The notes beneath the pieces were generated by a model, which was not told where the DNA came from, did no database searches, and was given only the letters and a program-made list of their open reading frames with translations. The position numbers and the translations under genes are program-made. DNA of 64,000 bases from an uncultured delta proteobacterium. GTDB lineage: Bacteria; Desulfobacterota; Desulfuromonadia; Desulfuromonadales; BM103. The stretch lies in contig CAVQRZ010000005.1 of assembly GCA_963715335.1 (NCBI GenBank), positions 64,001 through 128,000 on the forward strand, in the 5' to 3' direction. Shown here piece after piece: positions 49,415 through 60,029 of the stretch; positions within the stretch are counted from its first letter, which is position 1, and every line of letters starts with the position of its first letter.

Positions 49415-50115
49415 CAGGGTTGACCTGTCACTTTGGTTTGTCCGTGGAACAGGGGCATGTCGTCCATCGCCAGACTGCCGGAGTCCAGGGAGACCACGCG
49501 GCGCGGGAACTGGCGAATCAGGCTGCGGTTATGGGTTGCCATGATGATCGTAGTACCGCGTGCGTTGGCACCTTTGAATAATTCCATGATATCCAGAGTC
49601 ACATCCGGATCGAGATTACCGGTCGGTTCGTCAGCCAGCAGCACCAGGGGGTCGACCACCAGCGCGCGCGCCACGGCCACTCTTTGTTGCTCGCCACCCG
49701 AGAGCTGCAAAGGCTGATGATTCAGACGATGTTCAAGCCCGACATTTTTCAGGGTCTGGTACACCTTCTTGCTGATTTCAAACCGTTTGCGCCCCTGGAC
49801 TTCGAGGGGAAAGGCCACGTTTTCGTACACTGTGCGGCGGTTCAGCAGTTTAAAATCCTGAAAAATGATACCGATATTGCGCCGCAGGTAGGGGATACGG
49901 GAGACCCCGTAACGGGTAATGTTCCGGCCATCGACCAGGATCTGCCCACGGGTCGGCCGTTCAGCGCAGTAGAGAAGCTTAAGCAAGGTGGATTTACCGG
50001 CTCCGGAAGGCCCGGTCAGGTAAACAAACTCACCTTTCTCTACCGTGAGAGTGACATCCTTGAGGGCGTACTGGTCGCGCTGGTAAGCTTTGCAGACATT
50101 ATACAGCTGTATCAT
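49414..50115 (-). CDS. ftsE: Cell division ATP-binding protein
   Basis: GPSGAGKST, LRRNIG.IFQDF.LL, LSGGEQQR, DEPTGNLD. Confidence 0.95.
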   Translation of the reverse strand: MIQLYNVCKAYQRDQYALKDVTLTVEKGEFVYLTGPSGAGKSTLLKLLYCAERPTRGQILVDGRNITRYGVSRIPYLRRNIGIIFQDFKLLNRRTVYENVAFPLEVQGRKRFEISKKVYQTLKNVGLEHRLNHQPLQLSGGEQQRVAVARALVVDPLVLLADEPTGNLDPDVTLDIMELFKGANARGTTIIMATHNRSLIRQFPRRVVSLDSGSLAMDDMPLFHGQTKVTGQP

Positions 50116-50521
50116 CACCAATCTCGATATGGAATGCCATTCAGACCGACACGGTCATCGCCACTGTAAACATCTTCCAGCCCGCCTTCGGCGACTTCAC
50201 CATCAAGTGGCGGGGCCGGCGGAACCTCCTCCCAGGTCTCGGTCGACTCGGTAAAGGGGTCACGGGGGATATCACGCAGGTACTTGCTGGCGACCAGATC
50301 CTCCAACGAATCAGGGTAACGGATATGATCGGCAAAATAAGTATCGATGGCCCGGCGCATCTGGTACAAGTCTTCCATCAGCACTGCTTCGCGGGCCTTG
50401 ATCAGGTTGCGCTGGTAGTTCGGCACCACGATACTGGCCAGGATGCCGATGATCGTCATGACGATCAGCAGCTCGATAAGGGTAAACCCTTTTTCTGATT
50501 TTTTCCAAACAACAGGCGCAT
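50115..50521 (-). CDS. Type II secretion pseudopilin (GspG/OxpG-like); 5' end probably frameshifted
   Basis: KG|FTLIELLIV prepilin site, YPDSLEDLV, IPRDP. ATG 50521 needs one extra base to join the frame. Confidence 0.82.
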
Positions 50522-50526
50522 CTGTA

Positions 50527-51024
50527 TCACCAGGTGTTGTAAGGTGTTCCATCCAGCGCGTAACGCTGGCTCTGGGAGTAAACATCGTAAACATCATCTC
50601 CGCTGTAAAAGGTCGAGTCGGGGTCGTCTTTGTAAGAGCGCAGTCCCCACCCCTCGTCATACTCATCAAATGGGTCCTTAGGCAAACGCCTCAGGTATCT
50701 GCGTTTGTAAGGGTACAGGCCGCCCCAGTCACTGCCTTCCAGAAGAGCTTCGAGAGATTCCGGATAGCCGGTTTGGTCAATTGTCACGATGATTTTTTTC
50801 TGTTCTACGGCTTTGTCAAAGTCCGCCTTGTAATAATCGATCGCCGTGCGGATTTCCCGTAATGACCGGCGCAGCTCGAGTTCCTTGCTACGTCTGGCGG
50901 TCATTTCCGCCATCGGCACAATCACCGAGGCAAGCACTGCCAGGATGGCCATGGCCAGGACCATTTCCAGCAGGGTCAGGCCACGCTGTCCTCTGCAGAA
51001 GCTTATGTCGTCATGAGAACTCAA
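50527..51024 (-). CDS. Type II secretion pseudopilin (GspG-like)
   Basis: RG|LTLLEMV prepilin site, GYPESLE, YLRRLPKDP; exact start uncertain. Confidence 0.85.
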   Translation of the reverse strand: MSSHDDISFCRGQRGLTLLEMVLAMAILAVLASVIVPMAEMTARRSKELELRRSLREIRTAIDYYKADFDKAVEQKKIIVTIDQTGYPESLEALLEGSDWGGLYPYKRRYLRRLPKDPFDEYDEGWGLRSYKDDPDSTFYSGDDVYDVYSQSQRYALDGTPYNTW

Positions 51025-53586
51025 CGTACTTCAATCACGAGCGCTTCGGGCACGACCTGGAGCCGGGCTCCTTCAGGATTGCGGAAGTTAACCCGATTGA
51101 CCTTGAGTTCGGTCTCCCCCGCTGCAATCGGCTTAAAAACCGCGTTGAACAGCGTACCGGAACCGGAAGCCCCTTTGCCGCCCGGTCCCTGCTTGTAACC
51201 CACGATCACTTGTCCCGTAGCCTGGTTGGGGCTGTTGGAGAAGACAGTGGGCTGGCCTCCTTGCTGGAGAAAATCACCTTCGTTGATACTGACCAGTTCG
51301 AGAACAGCAGGATCGTAACCGATAAAGAGCGGCGCACTGTGGAGCTGTTCAACCCCGCTCACCAGCACTGCGACCGTGAACTCCTGTCCCTGTTCGGCTT
51401 GTCCCGGCCCGGCAAAGCTGATGATCGCCGGGCCCGGGCTGGTTGTCTCGGCCACAATCGGCGGGCCGACTTCTTCCTTTGGCTCAAACTGTTCTGTCTG
51501 TACAGCCTCATCGGCAGCTTCAACAGTCGGCGTTGTCTCCTTCCAGGCAGTCATTTCTTCCGGTTCGGCGATCTCTTCCGCAGCAGTGGTCGGGACAGCG
51601 GTCGGTTGCGACGCCATTGCCCCTTCAAGACCTGCCGGAACCGTTTCCCCTGTCATGGCGTGCCCGGATGAGGGCGAGGGAACATTCGCATCCGCCGTGA
51701 CGGACATCGGCGTAATCCCCGGTGCGGCGAGAGGCCTTGTCGCATCAATCTCACTCAGAAACGGCCTGACAAAGGCACCGAAATTCGGGCCGTCTTTCAG
51801 ATTGTCCTCGCCACCCGACCAGATGGTCGCGACATCAACGTCGGGGAGTTCAAGCTTCTTGATGATGTAGGGTGTGATCGACAGGATGATCTCACGCTTC
51901 TCCTCGTTATTCGAGTAGTTGGTAAACAAACTCCCGAGCCAGGGGATTTCGCCCAGAAACGGCAGCGTTGACTTGTTGCTGGTCTTATTGTTTTCGTACA
52001 GCCCGCCGAGGATGGTGCGTGCACCGTCGCGCAGTACCAGGGAGGTTTCCGCATTGGTCGTAGTCAGGGCAATCGGTGACTCCCCGGTTGTGTCAGCGGC
52101 ATTCAGTCTCTCCGCGCTGCTGACCTCCAGCTTGATCTTGGTCAGCACCGTGCCGTCGAGCTGCACGCTCGGTTCGATGTCGAGCTTGATGCCGGAATCG
52201 ACGTACTGGACGTTCTGTGTCGTTGAGTCAGTGTTGCCGATTTGCGTCGTGGTCACGATCGGGTCGCGCTTGCCGATATGGACTTTCGCCTTCTCCTTGT
52301 TCTTGACCCGAATCTTCGGACTCGCCAGAAGCTCGGTCGAATTCAGCGATTTCGCAAAATCGAAGGTGGCTGTGGGGATAGTGTAAAAGGTTTGCAAGCT
52401 ACTCAAACTCGTCGTCAACCCGTCTGTAGAAGCACCTGGGCCGAGGGCATCTTTTTGGATATTGGTGCCGTCCTGGGAAAAGCCGAGGCTGGTACTGTAG
52501 GTGCTCAATTTGGGCCCGAAGTTCAGAGCATCGGTATCCCTCACGCCAAGCACTTCCACATCAAAAAGCACCTCTGAATCAGCACGGTCCGCGGCGGCCA
52601 GGATCTGCTCGGCAAGCCTGATAACCTCCGGTTTGTCACGGATCACCAGGGCGTTGCGCTCTTCGTGGACGTAAATCTTGCGCAGCTGCAACATGGTCCG
52701 CAACAGGTTGACCGCCTTCTTGGCGTCGATGTGCGACAGGTAGAAGGTCTGGATCAACTGGTCTTCGTACTGTTTGGCTTTCTCACGGGATTCGGGATAG
52801 ATGATAATGGTCTTGCTGTTGAGCACCTTCTTGCTCAATCCATTCATCTGCATGATCAGTTCCATCGCCTGGGCGAAGCTGGCTTTTTCGAGGAGGACCG
52901 TAACCTGCTGGCTGCGGATACCTTCATCAAAGATGAAGTTGATCCCGCTCAATTTCGACAGGATGGCAAACACATCCTTGATTTTGGCATCCTTGAAGCT
53001 CAGGGTGATCGGCTCGCCCGAAGCCACGTCCAGTTCAATGCCGTCCATGGAGACCGTATTCTGATCACGGTCCAGCAGATCCTTGATCGCCAGGGCCCGG
53101 GCACTGTTCGGATCCAGGCTCAACGCCTTGTCTATAGCCTTCCTGGCTGAAGCCAGGCTCCTCTTGGTGTAGAAGGCTGCCCCTTCCTCCGCGTACTTTT
53201 GTGCTTCAATGATTTTTCTCAGATCAGCTTCTTCCTGTATCCCGACTTCGATGCTGGGGTCGAAATCCTTGGCCCGTGCGTACTCGGTCAGCGCTTCGGC
53301 GTACTTTCCCGCAGTCCTTAATTCGCGGGCCTGCCTGACATGATATGCTGCAGCACGGGTCCGGGAGGCGACCAGCTTCAGTCTGTAGGTCATGCTCCCC
53401 GGTTCCAGGTCAATCGCTTCAAGATATTTTTCAACAGCCTGATCATAATCCTCTTCGGCGACCAGTTGTTCGGCCTCATCGAATGCTGAGCGGGCCTGCA
53501 TGGCGGAGGTACAGCCTCCGACCCATAACAGTGCGAGCGCCAGCAATAACCACTCCGGCTAAATGAAACTTATTGATTCTTGCCAT
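51021..53586 (-). CDS. Lipoprotein secretin with TPR region and C-terminal cohesin-like domain; 5' end probably frameshifted
   Basis: TPR-like repeats, SGINFIFD, LASPKIRV, PFLGEIPWLG.LF, ITPYI. Removing one G near 53550 gives the lipoprotein signal MARINKFHLAGVLLLALALLWVGGC. Confidence 0.88.
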
Positions 53587-54382
53587 TGACTTCTCCCTCC
53601 GGGGCATTTTCATCGCCAGGATTTTCCTGCTCCTGTACTGCATCGGGGTCATACTCTTCCAGCAATGTCTCGTCACCTTGAAAATTCTGATCTTCCTGCG
53701 GTGCGACAGGCCGTACAGGCCTGGGCCGAGGTCTTATGGCCCGCGCATTCGCCGGCTGCCTCTCCGGACCAGAATCGCGGGAGATGCTGACCGGGGCACT
53801 GACCGCCGCATTGAGTTTCTGTTTCTCAATCAACTCGATTTCTATCAGCCCCTCGCGCCCCGCATGACGTACTTTCAGAAGCTTGTTGTCGATCTGCTCA
53901 ACCAGGAATTCCTGGCCTGTACCGAAGCGTTCGCCCTGCTTGACCAGGAACAGGTTCCCGCCGCTGGAGAGAAAGACCGTCTTTTCTCCGCCTTTTTCCA
54001 GAAACCCGAGAAAGGTGAATTGACTCAGCGATTTCTGCACCACTTCGACAGGAACTACCTCGCGCACAATAACGGGCACCGGAACTTGCTTTTCAACAAC
54101 CGGGGGCACCGGCTTGATCAAGTGACGCTGGCCAAACCGGAAGATATCACGCTGCGCGCCGGTAAATTCCTGCTGTTCCGCTGTCAGGTAGGTAAAGTCA
54201 ATGCGCCCGCGGGACTCTTTTTCGTCGACCTCAGGTAATTTCTCGCTGACAGCTTGCTTGCCCCCCTGGCCGACCGCCCTTGGAGGAGCCTTTTCCAGGC
54301 GCGGTGTCGCCAGGTATGCATAAACCAGGCAGACCGCCAGAACTCCGAGCAAGGCTCCCAGGATGACGCGTTTGCGATTCAT
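53570..54382 (-). CDS. PilP-like assembly protein
   Basis: N-terminal anchor, RDIF, FLGFL...VFL...V.QGE; position in the M-N-O-P-Q order. Confidence 0.65.
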   Translation of the reverse strand: MNRKRVILGALLGVLAVCLVYAYLATPRLEKAPPRAVGQGGKQAVSEKLPEVDEKESRGRIDFTYLTAEQQEFTGAQRDIFRFGQRHLIKPVPPVVEKQVPVPVIVREVVPVEVVQKSLSQFTFLGFLEKGGEKTVFLSSGGNLFLVKQGERFGTGQEFLVEQIDNKLLKVRHAGREGLIEIELIEKQKLNAAVSAPVSISRDSGPERQPANARAIRPRPRPVRPVAPQEDQNFQGDETLLEEYDPDAVQEQENPGDENAPEGEVNGKNQ

Positions 54383-54951
54383 GTATCGCGCCCTCCCGAT
54401 CGAAAATAGGTTTCCAGTTTCAAGCGCAGGCTGACACCTTTGTCATCAGCACCCTGCAGACCGATCTGTTTGATTGCAATCAACCGGGTCGATTGCTCAA
54501 GGGAGTGGATGAACCTCTTGATCTGATCGTAACCTCCTGCGACATTGAAGTTCAGCTCGAGCCGTAAAAGTTCGCTCTCCTTGAGTTGCGTCGAGCTGTA
54601 ATTAATTCTGGTGATGTTCAGACGGGCGCGACTGGACAGGACCAGCAGCTCCTCGATCAGACCGGTGAATTCCTGGTAATCAGGTATGGACTGATGAAAT
54701 TTGGCAAGGTCCTGAGTCGCCATGAGATACGCTTGTTCCGGGGTGTTCGTCGCCCCCCCCTGGTTGCGCAGCAGCTGCCGGACTTCAGCCTGTCTTTTCA
54801 GGAAAGCGATTTCCTGTTCAGCAACGCGGGGCACAACGAACTGCTCCAGCGCGACGACGAGCAGTAAGTTGATTACAAGCAAGACACCGAGCAGCACCAA
54901 CGAGCTGCGATGGGATCTCCAGAGTTGCCCGGCCAGTTCCTTCCAGCGCAT
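54379..54951 (-). CDS. PilO/GspM-like protein
   Basis: Single TM; G.YDQIKRFI.SLE. Confidence 0.8.
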   Translation of the reverse strand: MRWKELAGQLWRSHRSSLVLLGVLLVINLLLVVALEQFVVPRVAEQEIAFLKRQAEVRQLLRNQGGATNTPEQAYLMATQDLAKFHQSIPDYQEFTGLIEELLVLSSRARLNITRINYSSTQLKESELLRLELNFNVAGGYDQIKRFIHSLEQSTRLIAIKQIGLQGADDKGVSLRLKLETYFRSGGRDT

Positions 54952-55505
54952 CAGAAAGCCTCCCTGATCACGATAGAGAACCCAGTGAGGAGCTGACTGC
55001 TGTTGCCCTGGTCCTGCTTGATTTCGCCATGACTCTGCAGGAAAGCCTGATTCAGGTCCTCGGACGCCAGGAGATTGTCGACGAACCTGGTCAGTGCCGA
55101 GACATCACGGGCAACCCCGGACAGCTGGACCGTGCGCGCCTTGAAATTCGGTTGGATCGAATGAATACTGACATCATCAGGAAGTACACTTTCAAACCTG
55201 CTGAGAAGGTTCGTCCAATGGAACCGGTCGGCATCGACGATCTCGTTTGCAAGCTCAACCTCGTCTTTAACTGCAATCAGTTTTTCCGGGGCGTAATCCG
55301 CCGACGTCCCGTGAATCCCTGCAATCTGATCATTCAATTCATGGAAGCGTTTGTCGAGCATCTGTAGCTGCCGATAGTTCCTGTATCCATAGGAGCCATT
55401 CAACAGCAACAATAGCAGCAGCAGAATACCGAACACCGATAGCCAGAGACGGACGTTCTGGCGATTCAGGTAAGGCTTGCTGGCTAGATTGAGTTTAATT
55501 TCCAT
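54951..55505 (-). CDS. PilN-like protein
   Basis: Start MEIKLNLAS; W..LL..FE..LP.DV.I.SI. Confidence 0.8.
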   Translation of the reverse strand: MEIKLNLASKPYLNRQNVRLWLSVFGILLLLLLLLNGSYGYRNYRQLQMLDKRFHELNDQIAGIHGTSADYAPEKLIAVKDEVELANEIVDADRFHWTNLLSRFESVLPDDVSIHSIQPNFKARTVQLSGVARDVSALTRFVDNLLASEDLNQAFLQSHGEIKQDQGNSSQLLTGFSIVIREAF

Positions 55506-55510
55506 AAGTT

Positions 55511-56419
55511 CTACATCATGCGCTCGGCGGCACCGAGGGCCGCAACAACCGAACCGACCGGCTGCAGCCCGCCGGTTCGACCTTCGCCACTGAATCGTTT
55601 CAGGGCCGGGTCCAGGCATCTGACTTCACGATCAAACGCGGAGGACAGCAATTTTTCGTTCTCTGCACCCAAGCCCGGGTCAACATGGGCAAAAACAGCG
55701 CAACGTTTCATCGACGGGAAAGCTTCATAGGCTTCAACAAGGGTGCGGTTGATCTCACGAAAAGCTCTCTCAGGGGTCATCTTGAACTCACGAACACGCT
55801 GATAACAGGGGCTGTGGCCGAGCACATACTGGATCCCGAGGATTCCCTGTTCCAGGCTGACCAGGATGAACTCATCCCCGAGGTCCAACCGAGGCCGGTA
55901 ATAATTGTAAAGGTTCAGCGAATGGAAAGCGATCTGGATTGCATGTCGACCGGCTTCGTTGACCAGATCCTCATACTGCTCGAGAACCGGCCGCGACAGG
56001 GCCGCGACCACACATTTCTGGCGGCCGTCTTCCCGTTTACCAAGAACCTGGTAATCCAACTGGACCTGCGCCGGGGGTGCGGGCAGGTTCGCCTTGAGTC
56101 GCCACTTCAGAATTTCCACACCTTCGTCATGCGTTTTAAAGGGTGCATCGACATCGGTCAGGTAAATACGGCCGGCCCGGTCAGGCAGGCTCAGAGCAAT
56201 ACGCTCTTCCTGGCCGGCCAAAGCATCGACGCCACGACGCAACCCCTCGACAAAGCGACGGGCATCGCGGATGTTCGGCTTACGGCTGGAAGCCTCCAGC
56301 ACACCTTCCAGGCTCTCAAAACGCAAACCGACCAACCGGGTATGCGGCCGATGCCGCTGCAAGACCGCAAAAAAAAGGCCAGCCGGCTGGACATCTACGC
56401 CGACGTAAAACCTGCTCAT
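55511..56419 (-). CDS. PilM-like protein
   Basis: VGVDV N-terminus, LSLPD, LDYQ, AALGAA end. Confidence 0.78.
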   Translation of the reverse strand: MSRFYVGVDVQPAGLFFAVLQRHRPHTRLVGLRFESLEGVLEASSRKPNIRDARRFVEGLRRGVDALAGQEERIALSLPDRAGRIYLTDVDAPFKTHDEGVEILKWRLKANLPAPPAQVQLDYQVLGKREDGRQKCVVAALSRPVLEQYEDLVNEAGRHAIQIAFHSLNLYNYYRPRLDLGDEFILVSLEQGILGIQYVLGHSPCYQRVREFKMTPERAFREINRTLVEAYEAFPSMKRCAVFAHVDPGLGAENEKLLSSAFDREVRCLDPALKRFSGEGRTGGLQPVGSVVAALGAAERMM

Positions 56420-58149
56420 GCCTCCCTCCCCGGCAACTCGACAAAGGTCACACGATTTATTTCCTCGAGCGTCGTGACTCCATTCAACAGTTTTTCCACT
56501 GCCGAATCTCGTAAAAAAGCGGTTCCTGCCGCACGTGCGGCTTCCTTGAGACGGCCGACCGGAGCCTTGTTGATGATCATGTCGCGCAAGTTATCGTCCA
56601 GATCCAGCAGCTCGATAATTGCAGTTCGGCCATGATAGCCCTGGCCATTACATTTTGCACATCCGGTCCCCTTGTAGAAGGCATGCTTCCCGTACCTGTC
56701 GTAATCCAGGCCGGACTCTGTAAAGGCCTGGCGATCATGGGTCACCGGCACTTTACAGTGCTCGCAGATCTTTCTCACCAGGCGTTGCGCAACAACACAG
56801 TTGAGGCAGGAAACAAAATTGTAGGCGTCGATGCCCATGTGCAGAAAGCGTCCGAGGACATCGAAAACGTTGTTGGCATGTACCGTAGTGAAAACCAGGT
56901 GCCCGGTCAATGCCGATTGGACGGCGATCTGGGCCGTCTCCGGGTCGCGGATCTCACCGACCATGATTTTGTCGGGGTCATGGCGCAGAATGGAACGCAG
57001 GCCGCGGGCAAAAGTCAGGCCCTTTTTCTCATTGACCGGAATCTGCACCACTCCCTTGAGTTGATATTCGACCGGGTCTTCGATCGTGATGATCTTTTCC
57101 TGCTCGTTGTATATCTCGGTCAGTGCCGCATAGAGCGTGGTGGTCTTGCCGCTACCGGTCGGTCCGGTCACCAAAACCATGCCGTAAGGCTCGCGAATCA
57201 TCCTCCGGAACCTGGCCAGCTCGTGGCCCTCGATGCCAAGCACATCCAGAGTCAGGCCATGCAGGTCCTTGGCAATACTTTCTTTATCGAGGATCCGGAT
57301 CACAGCGTCTTCGCCAAAGATGCTCGGCATGATGGAGACGCGGAAATCGATCGATTTACCGGCCATGCGGACTTTGAAGCGCCCGTCCTGGGGGATGCGG
57401 CGTTCCGAGATATCGAGGTCGCTCATGACCTTGATACGGGAGATGATCGGCCCCTGGAAACGTCCGTCGAGAGGTTCCGTTGCCCGAAAAAGGACGCCGT
57501 CGACACGGTATTTGATCTGCACTCCATCGAGGTTGCTTTCGATATGGATATCGCTGGCACGCTTGTTCAGAGCATCGAACAGGGTGGAATCGATCAAACG
57601 GATAATCGGGCTGCTGTCATCAGTCAACTTTTCTATCGAGAGGACCTCTTCACCCTTGTCCGTCTCCTTGACCAGCTGCAACTTGAAATCCTCGGAAACC
57701 TCCTGCAAAACCTGTTTCGAGCCATGTAATCGCTCAAGCAGGGTGCCAATCTTGCTTTTGGCTGCAACCTGGTAGGTCAAGCGGAGGTCGAGTTGCATTT
57801 CCAGATCATCGAGATTCGCTACATTGGTCGGATCGGCGATCGCGACAACCAGGCCGTCCTCGGTTTTTTGCAATGGGATAAAATTGTAGCGCACCGTCAA
57901 CTCGGCGGGGAATTCTTCATCCAGCACCGGGTCGGCGACAAATGCGTCAAGGTCGACGTATTCCAGGCCAAACTGCTGCGCCAGGGCCTGGGCCAGCACA
58001 TCGTCCTTGAGCAGGCCTTTGGCAATTGCGGCTTCACCGAAACGCAGACTCAGCTGGCCCTGTTGCTCAAGCACGAGGCGCACCTCCGCCGGCGCAAGGA
58101 CGCCCATTTCAACAAGTATTTCACTGATTTTGCGATGCTCGAACGACAT
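56416..58149 (-). CDS. GspE/PilB family secretion ATPase
   Basis: [36 protein letters not shown], and a Cys4 motif; start at MSFEHRK. Confidence 0.93.
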   Translation of the reverse strand: MSFEHRKISEILVEMGVLAPAEVRLVLEQQGQLSLRFGEAAIAKGLLKDDVLAQALAQQFGLEYVDLDAFVADPVLDEEFPAELTVRYNFIPLQKTEDGLVVAIADPTNVANLDDLEMQLDLRLTYQVAAKSKIGTLLERLHGSKQVLQEVSEDFKLQLVKETDKGEEVLSIEKLTDDSSPIIRLIDSTLFDALNKRASDIHIESNLDGVQIKYRVDGVLFRATEPLDGRFQGPIISRIKVMSDLDISERRIPQDGRFKVRMAGKSIDFRVSIMPSIFGEDAVIRILDKESIAKDLHGLTLDVLGIEGHELARFRRMIREPYGMVLVTGPTGSGKTTTLYAALTEIYNEQEKIITIEDPVEYQLKGVVQIPVNEKKGLTFARGLRSILRHDPDKIMVGEIRDPETAQIAVQSALTGHLVFTTVHANNVFDVLGRFLHMGIDAYNFVSCLNCVVAQRLVRKICEHCKVPVTHDRQAFTESGLDYDRYGKHAFYKGTGCAKCNGQGYHGRTAIIELLDLDDNLRDMIINKAPVGRLKEAARAAGTAFLRDSAVEKLLNGVTTLEEINRVTFVELPGREA

Positions 58150-58162
58150 CTCTTGCTCCGGG

Positions 58163-59368
58163 CTACTGTACCGTACCCGCCAACTGGAAAATCGGGATAT
58201 ACATGGCGACGACAATCCCGCCGATCAGGAGCCCCATCGTCATCATCATCAAGGGCTCGACGATCGTCGTCAAGCGATCGAGCCTACGCTCAACCTCGTC
58301 CTCATAATACTCGGACACGTCGGTCAGCATATCAACCAGCGAACCGCTCGTCTCACCGACACCGATCATCCGCAGGGCAATCAGCGGAAAATGACCCGAC
58401 TGTTCCAGTGCTTCGGAGATTTTTGCCCCCTCCTGGATACGATTGACCGCCCCGGAAAGACGTTTCTCCAGGACCCGGTTGTTCAGGGTGCCGCGAGCCA
58501 TCTGCATCGACTGGACAATCGGAATACCGCTGGCCAGAGTTGTCGAAAAAGTCCGGCAAAACGTAGAAAGAGCATATTCATTCAACAGCTCACCGAAAAA
58601 AGGCAGGCGGAATTTGAGACGGTCCACGAGCAGTGCACCACGTTCAGTCCGCGCGTAAGTACGCAGCAGAAAAATTCCAACCACTAAACCTGGCAACCAG
58701 AAGGGGAGGCCCGACACCAGCCCGTTTGCCAGGGCAGTCACCATCCTGGTCAGGAGAGGCAGTTGTACGTTGGCGTCCGCATAAACCTGGGTAAAAGTTG
58801 GAATCACGTAGAGCAGAAGAAACCCAACAACGACCGTAACGGCAATGGCCAGAATCGCCGGGTAGAATGTCGCACTGCGGACCTTCGCCTTGATCGCCTC
58901 GACACGCTTCTGATACTCGATGTAACGCCCGAGGGTTATCGGCAGGTCTCCGGACTGCTCTCCAGCGCGCAGTGAAGCAACGTAGAGTTGAGGGAACAGC
59001 TGTGGAAATTTGCCGAATGCATCGGACAGGGAACTGCCGCCTTTTACATCAGAGCGGATTTCCTGCAAAGCATTCAACAGCCCTCCGGCCTCCATGCGAT
59101 CAACCAGGGTATCAAGGACCTGCAAAATCGGCAGACCGGAACGGATCAGAACCAGCATCTCCTGGTTCAAGGAAAGGAACCGGCGCCCACCTAAACTACC
59201 GCCACCCATCCCTTTGGCAAACCACTGCAGGGAGGATTTGCGGATTCTGAAGACGAAGAAGCCCTGCTCTTCCAGGCTCTCCTGGAGGGCCTCGCGGCTG
59301 GCCGCCTCAAAGTCCTTCTCAAGCACCCGGCCATCGGCAGTGCCAATTTTGCAGCGGTAGGTTGACAT
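58163..59368 (-). CDS. GspF/PilC family inner-membrane platform protein
   Basis: SGLPI, G.SLSDA, GEQSG.L, YP, GETSG.L, EP..M, MYIPIF. Confidence 0.93.
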   Translation of the reverse strand: MSTYRCKIGTADGRVLEKDFEAASREALQESLEEQGFFVFRIRKSSLQWFAKGMGGGSLGGRRFLSLNQEMLVLIRSGLPILQVLDTLVDRMEAGGLLNALQEIRSDVKGGSSLSDAFGKFPQLFPQLYVASLRAGEQSGDLPITLGRYIEYQKRVEAIKAKVRSATFYPAILAIAVTVVVGFLLLYVIPTFTQVYADANVQLPLLTRMVTALANGLVSGLPFWLPGLVVGIFLLRTYARTERGALLVDRLKFRLPFFGELLNEYALSTFCRTFSTTLASGIPIVQSMQMARGTLNNRVLEKRLSGAVNRIQEGAKISEALEQSGHFPLIALRMIGVGETSGSLVDMLTDVSEYYEDEVERRLDRLTTIVEPLMMMTMGLLIGGIVVAMYIPIFQLAGTVQ

Positions 59369-59603
59369 TAGCCTTGTTATTTAGCACATCTCACCCGCAA
59401 AAATGAATTAAAAACCACTGACTTAGTCCTGCCAGGGACGACAAAACGGCCGGGCACAATGACCGGCCGCCAGTCATAGTCTGATCAAGAGATTCACCCA
59501 GGACAGCGGCCGGTTGGGTGCGAAGTCACGGCTCTAGAAAGAGCGGGAGCCATCTCCGGAGGCCATGCCCGGAGGGCAGGCCAAGGTCAAGTCAACGCAT
59601 CAG

Positions 59604-59642
59604 AAACAAACAAGGCGACTCCATGGCTATCAGGAATCGCCT
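59604..59642 (-). terminator. Terminator downstream of the tRNA cluster
   Basis: Minus strand AGGCGATTCC...GGAGTCGCCT followed by TGTTTGTTT. Confidence 0.6.
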
Positions 59643-59652
59643 CATCTGAATC

Positions 59653-59729
59653 TGGCGGGGCTGACGGGACTTGAACCCGCGACCTCCGGCGTGACAGGCC
59701 GGCGTTGTAACCGACTCTACTACAGCCCC
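59653..59729 (-). tRNA. tRNA-Asp (GTC)
   Basis: Cloverleaf GGGGCTG...CTGTCAC...GTTCAAGTC...CAGCCCCGCCA, 77 nt. Confidence 0.97.
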
Positions 59730-59747
59730 TTGGTTAAATTGTGAAGA

Positions 59748-59823
59748 TGGTGGGCGAAACAGGGCTCGAACCTGTGACCCTCGGCTTGTAAGGCCGATGC
59801 TCTCCCAGCTGAGCTATTCGCCC
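59748..59823 (-). tRNA. tRNA-Val (TAC)
   Basis: GGGCGAATAGCTCAG...CTTACAA...GTTCGAGCC...TTCGCCCACCA, 76 nt. Confidence 0.97.
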
Positions 59824-59834
59824 AAACTTTAAAA

Positions 59835-59911
59835 TGGCGGGGCTGACGGGACTTGAACCCGCGACCTCCGGCGTGACAGGCCGGCGTTGTAACCGACTCT
59901 ACTACAGCCCC
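59835..59911 (-). tRNA. tRNA-Asp (GTC), identical second copy
   Basis: Same sequence as 59653-59729. Confidence 0.97.
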
Positions 59912-59921
59912 GCAACAGACA

Positions 59922-59973
59922 GAAAATAGGAAACGCTGTCAGGGGGAAGCCCTCTCCCGCGTTTCCTATTTTC
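59922..59973 (-). terminator. Long hairpin downstream of hup
   Basis: GAAAATAGGAAACGC...GCGTTTCCTATTTTC, 15-bp stem. Confidence 0.55.
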
Positions 59974-60029
59974 AGGGTCTTCACAGCCGATTCCGGACGA
60001 ACCTGAAGCGACTGTATTTCTAGTTTGAC

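Noticed and set aside
59521..59580. GEMM (cyclic dinucleotide) riboswitch-like GAAAGAGCGGGA
   Set aside because: Lacks the flanking AAAC and ACGCAAA elements and lies on the strand opposite the adjacent operon.
59653..59911. Duplicated tRNA-Asp as an integration scar
   Set aside because: Both copies are full length with CCA, they enclose only tRNA-Val, and no integrase is nearby.
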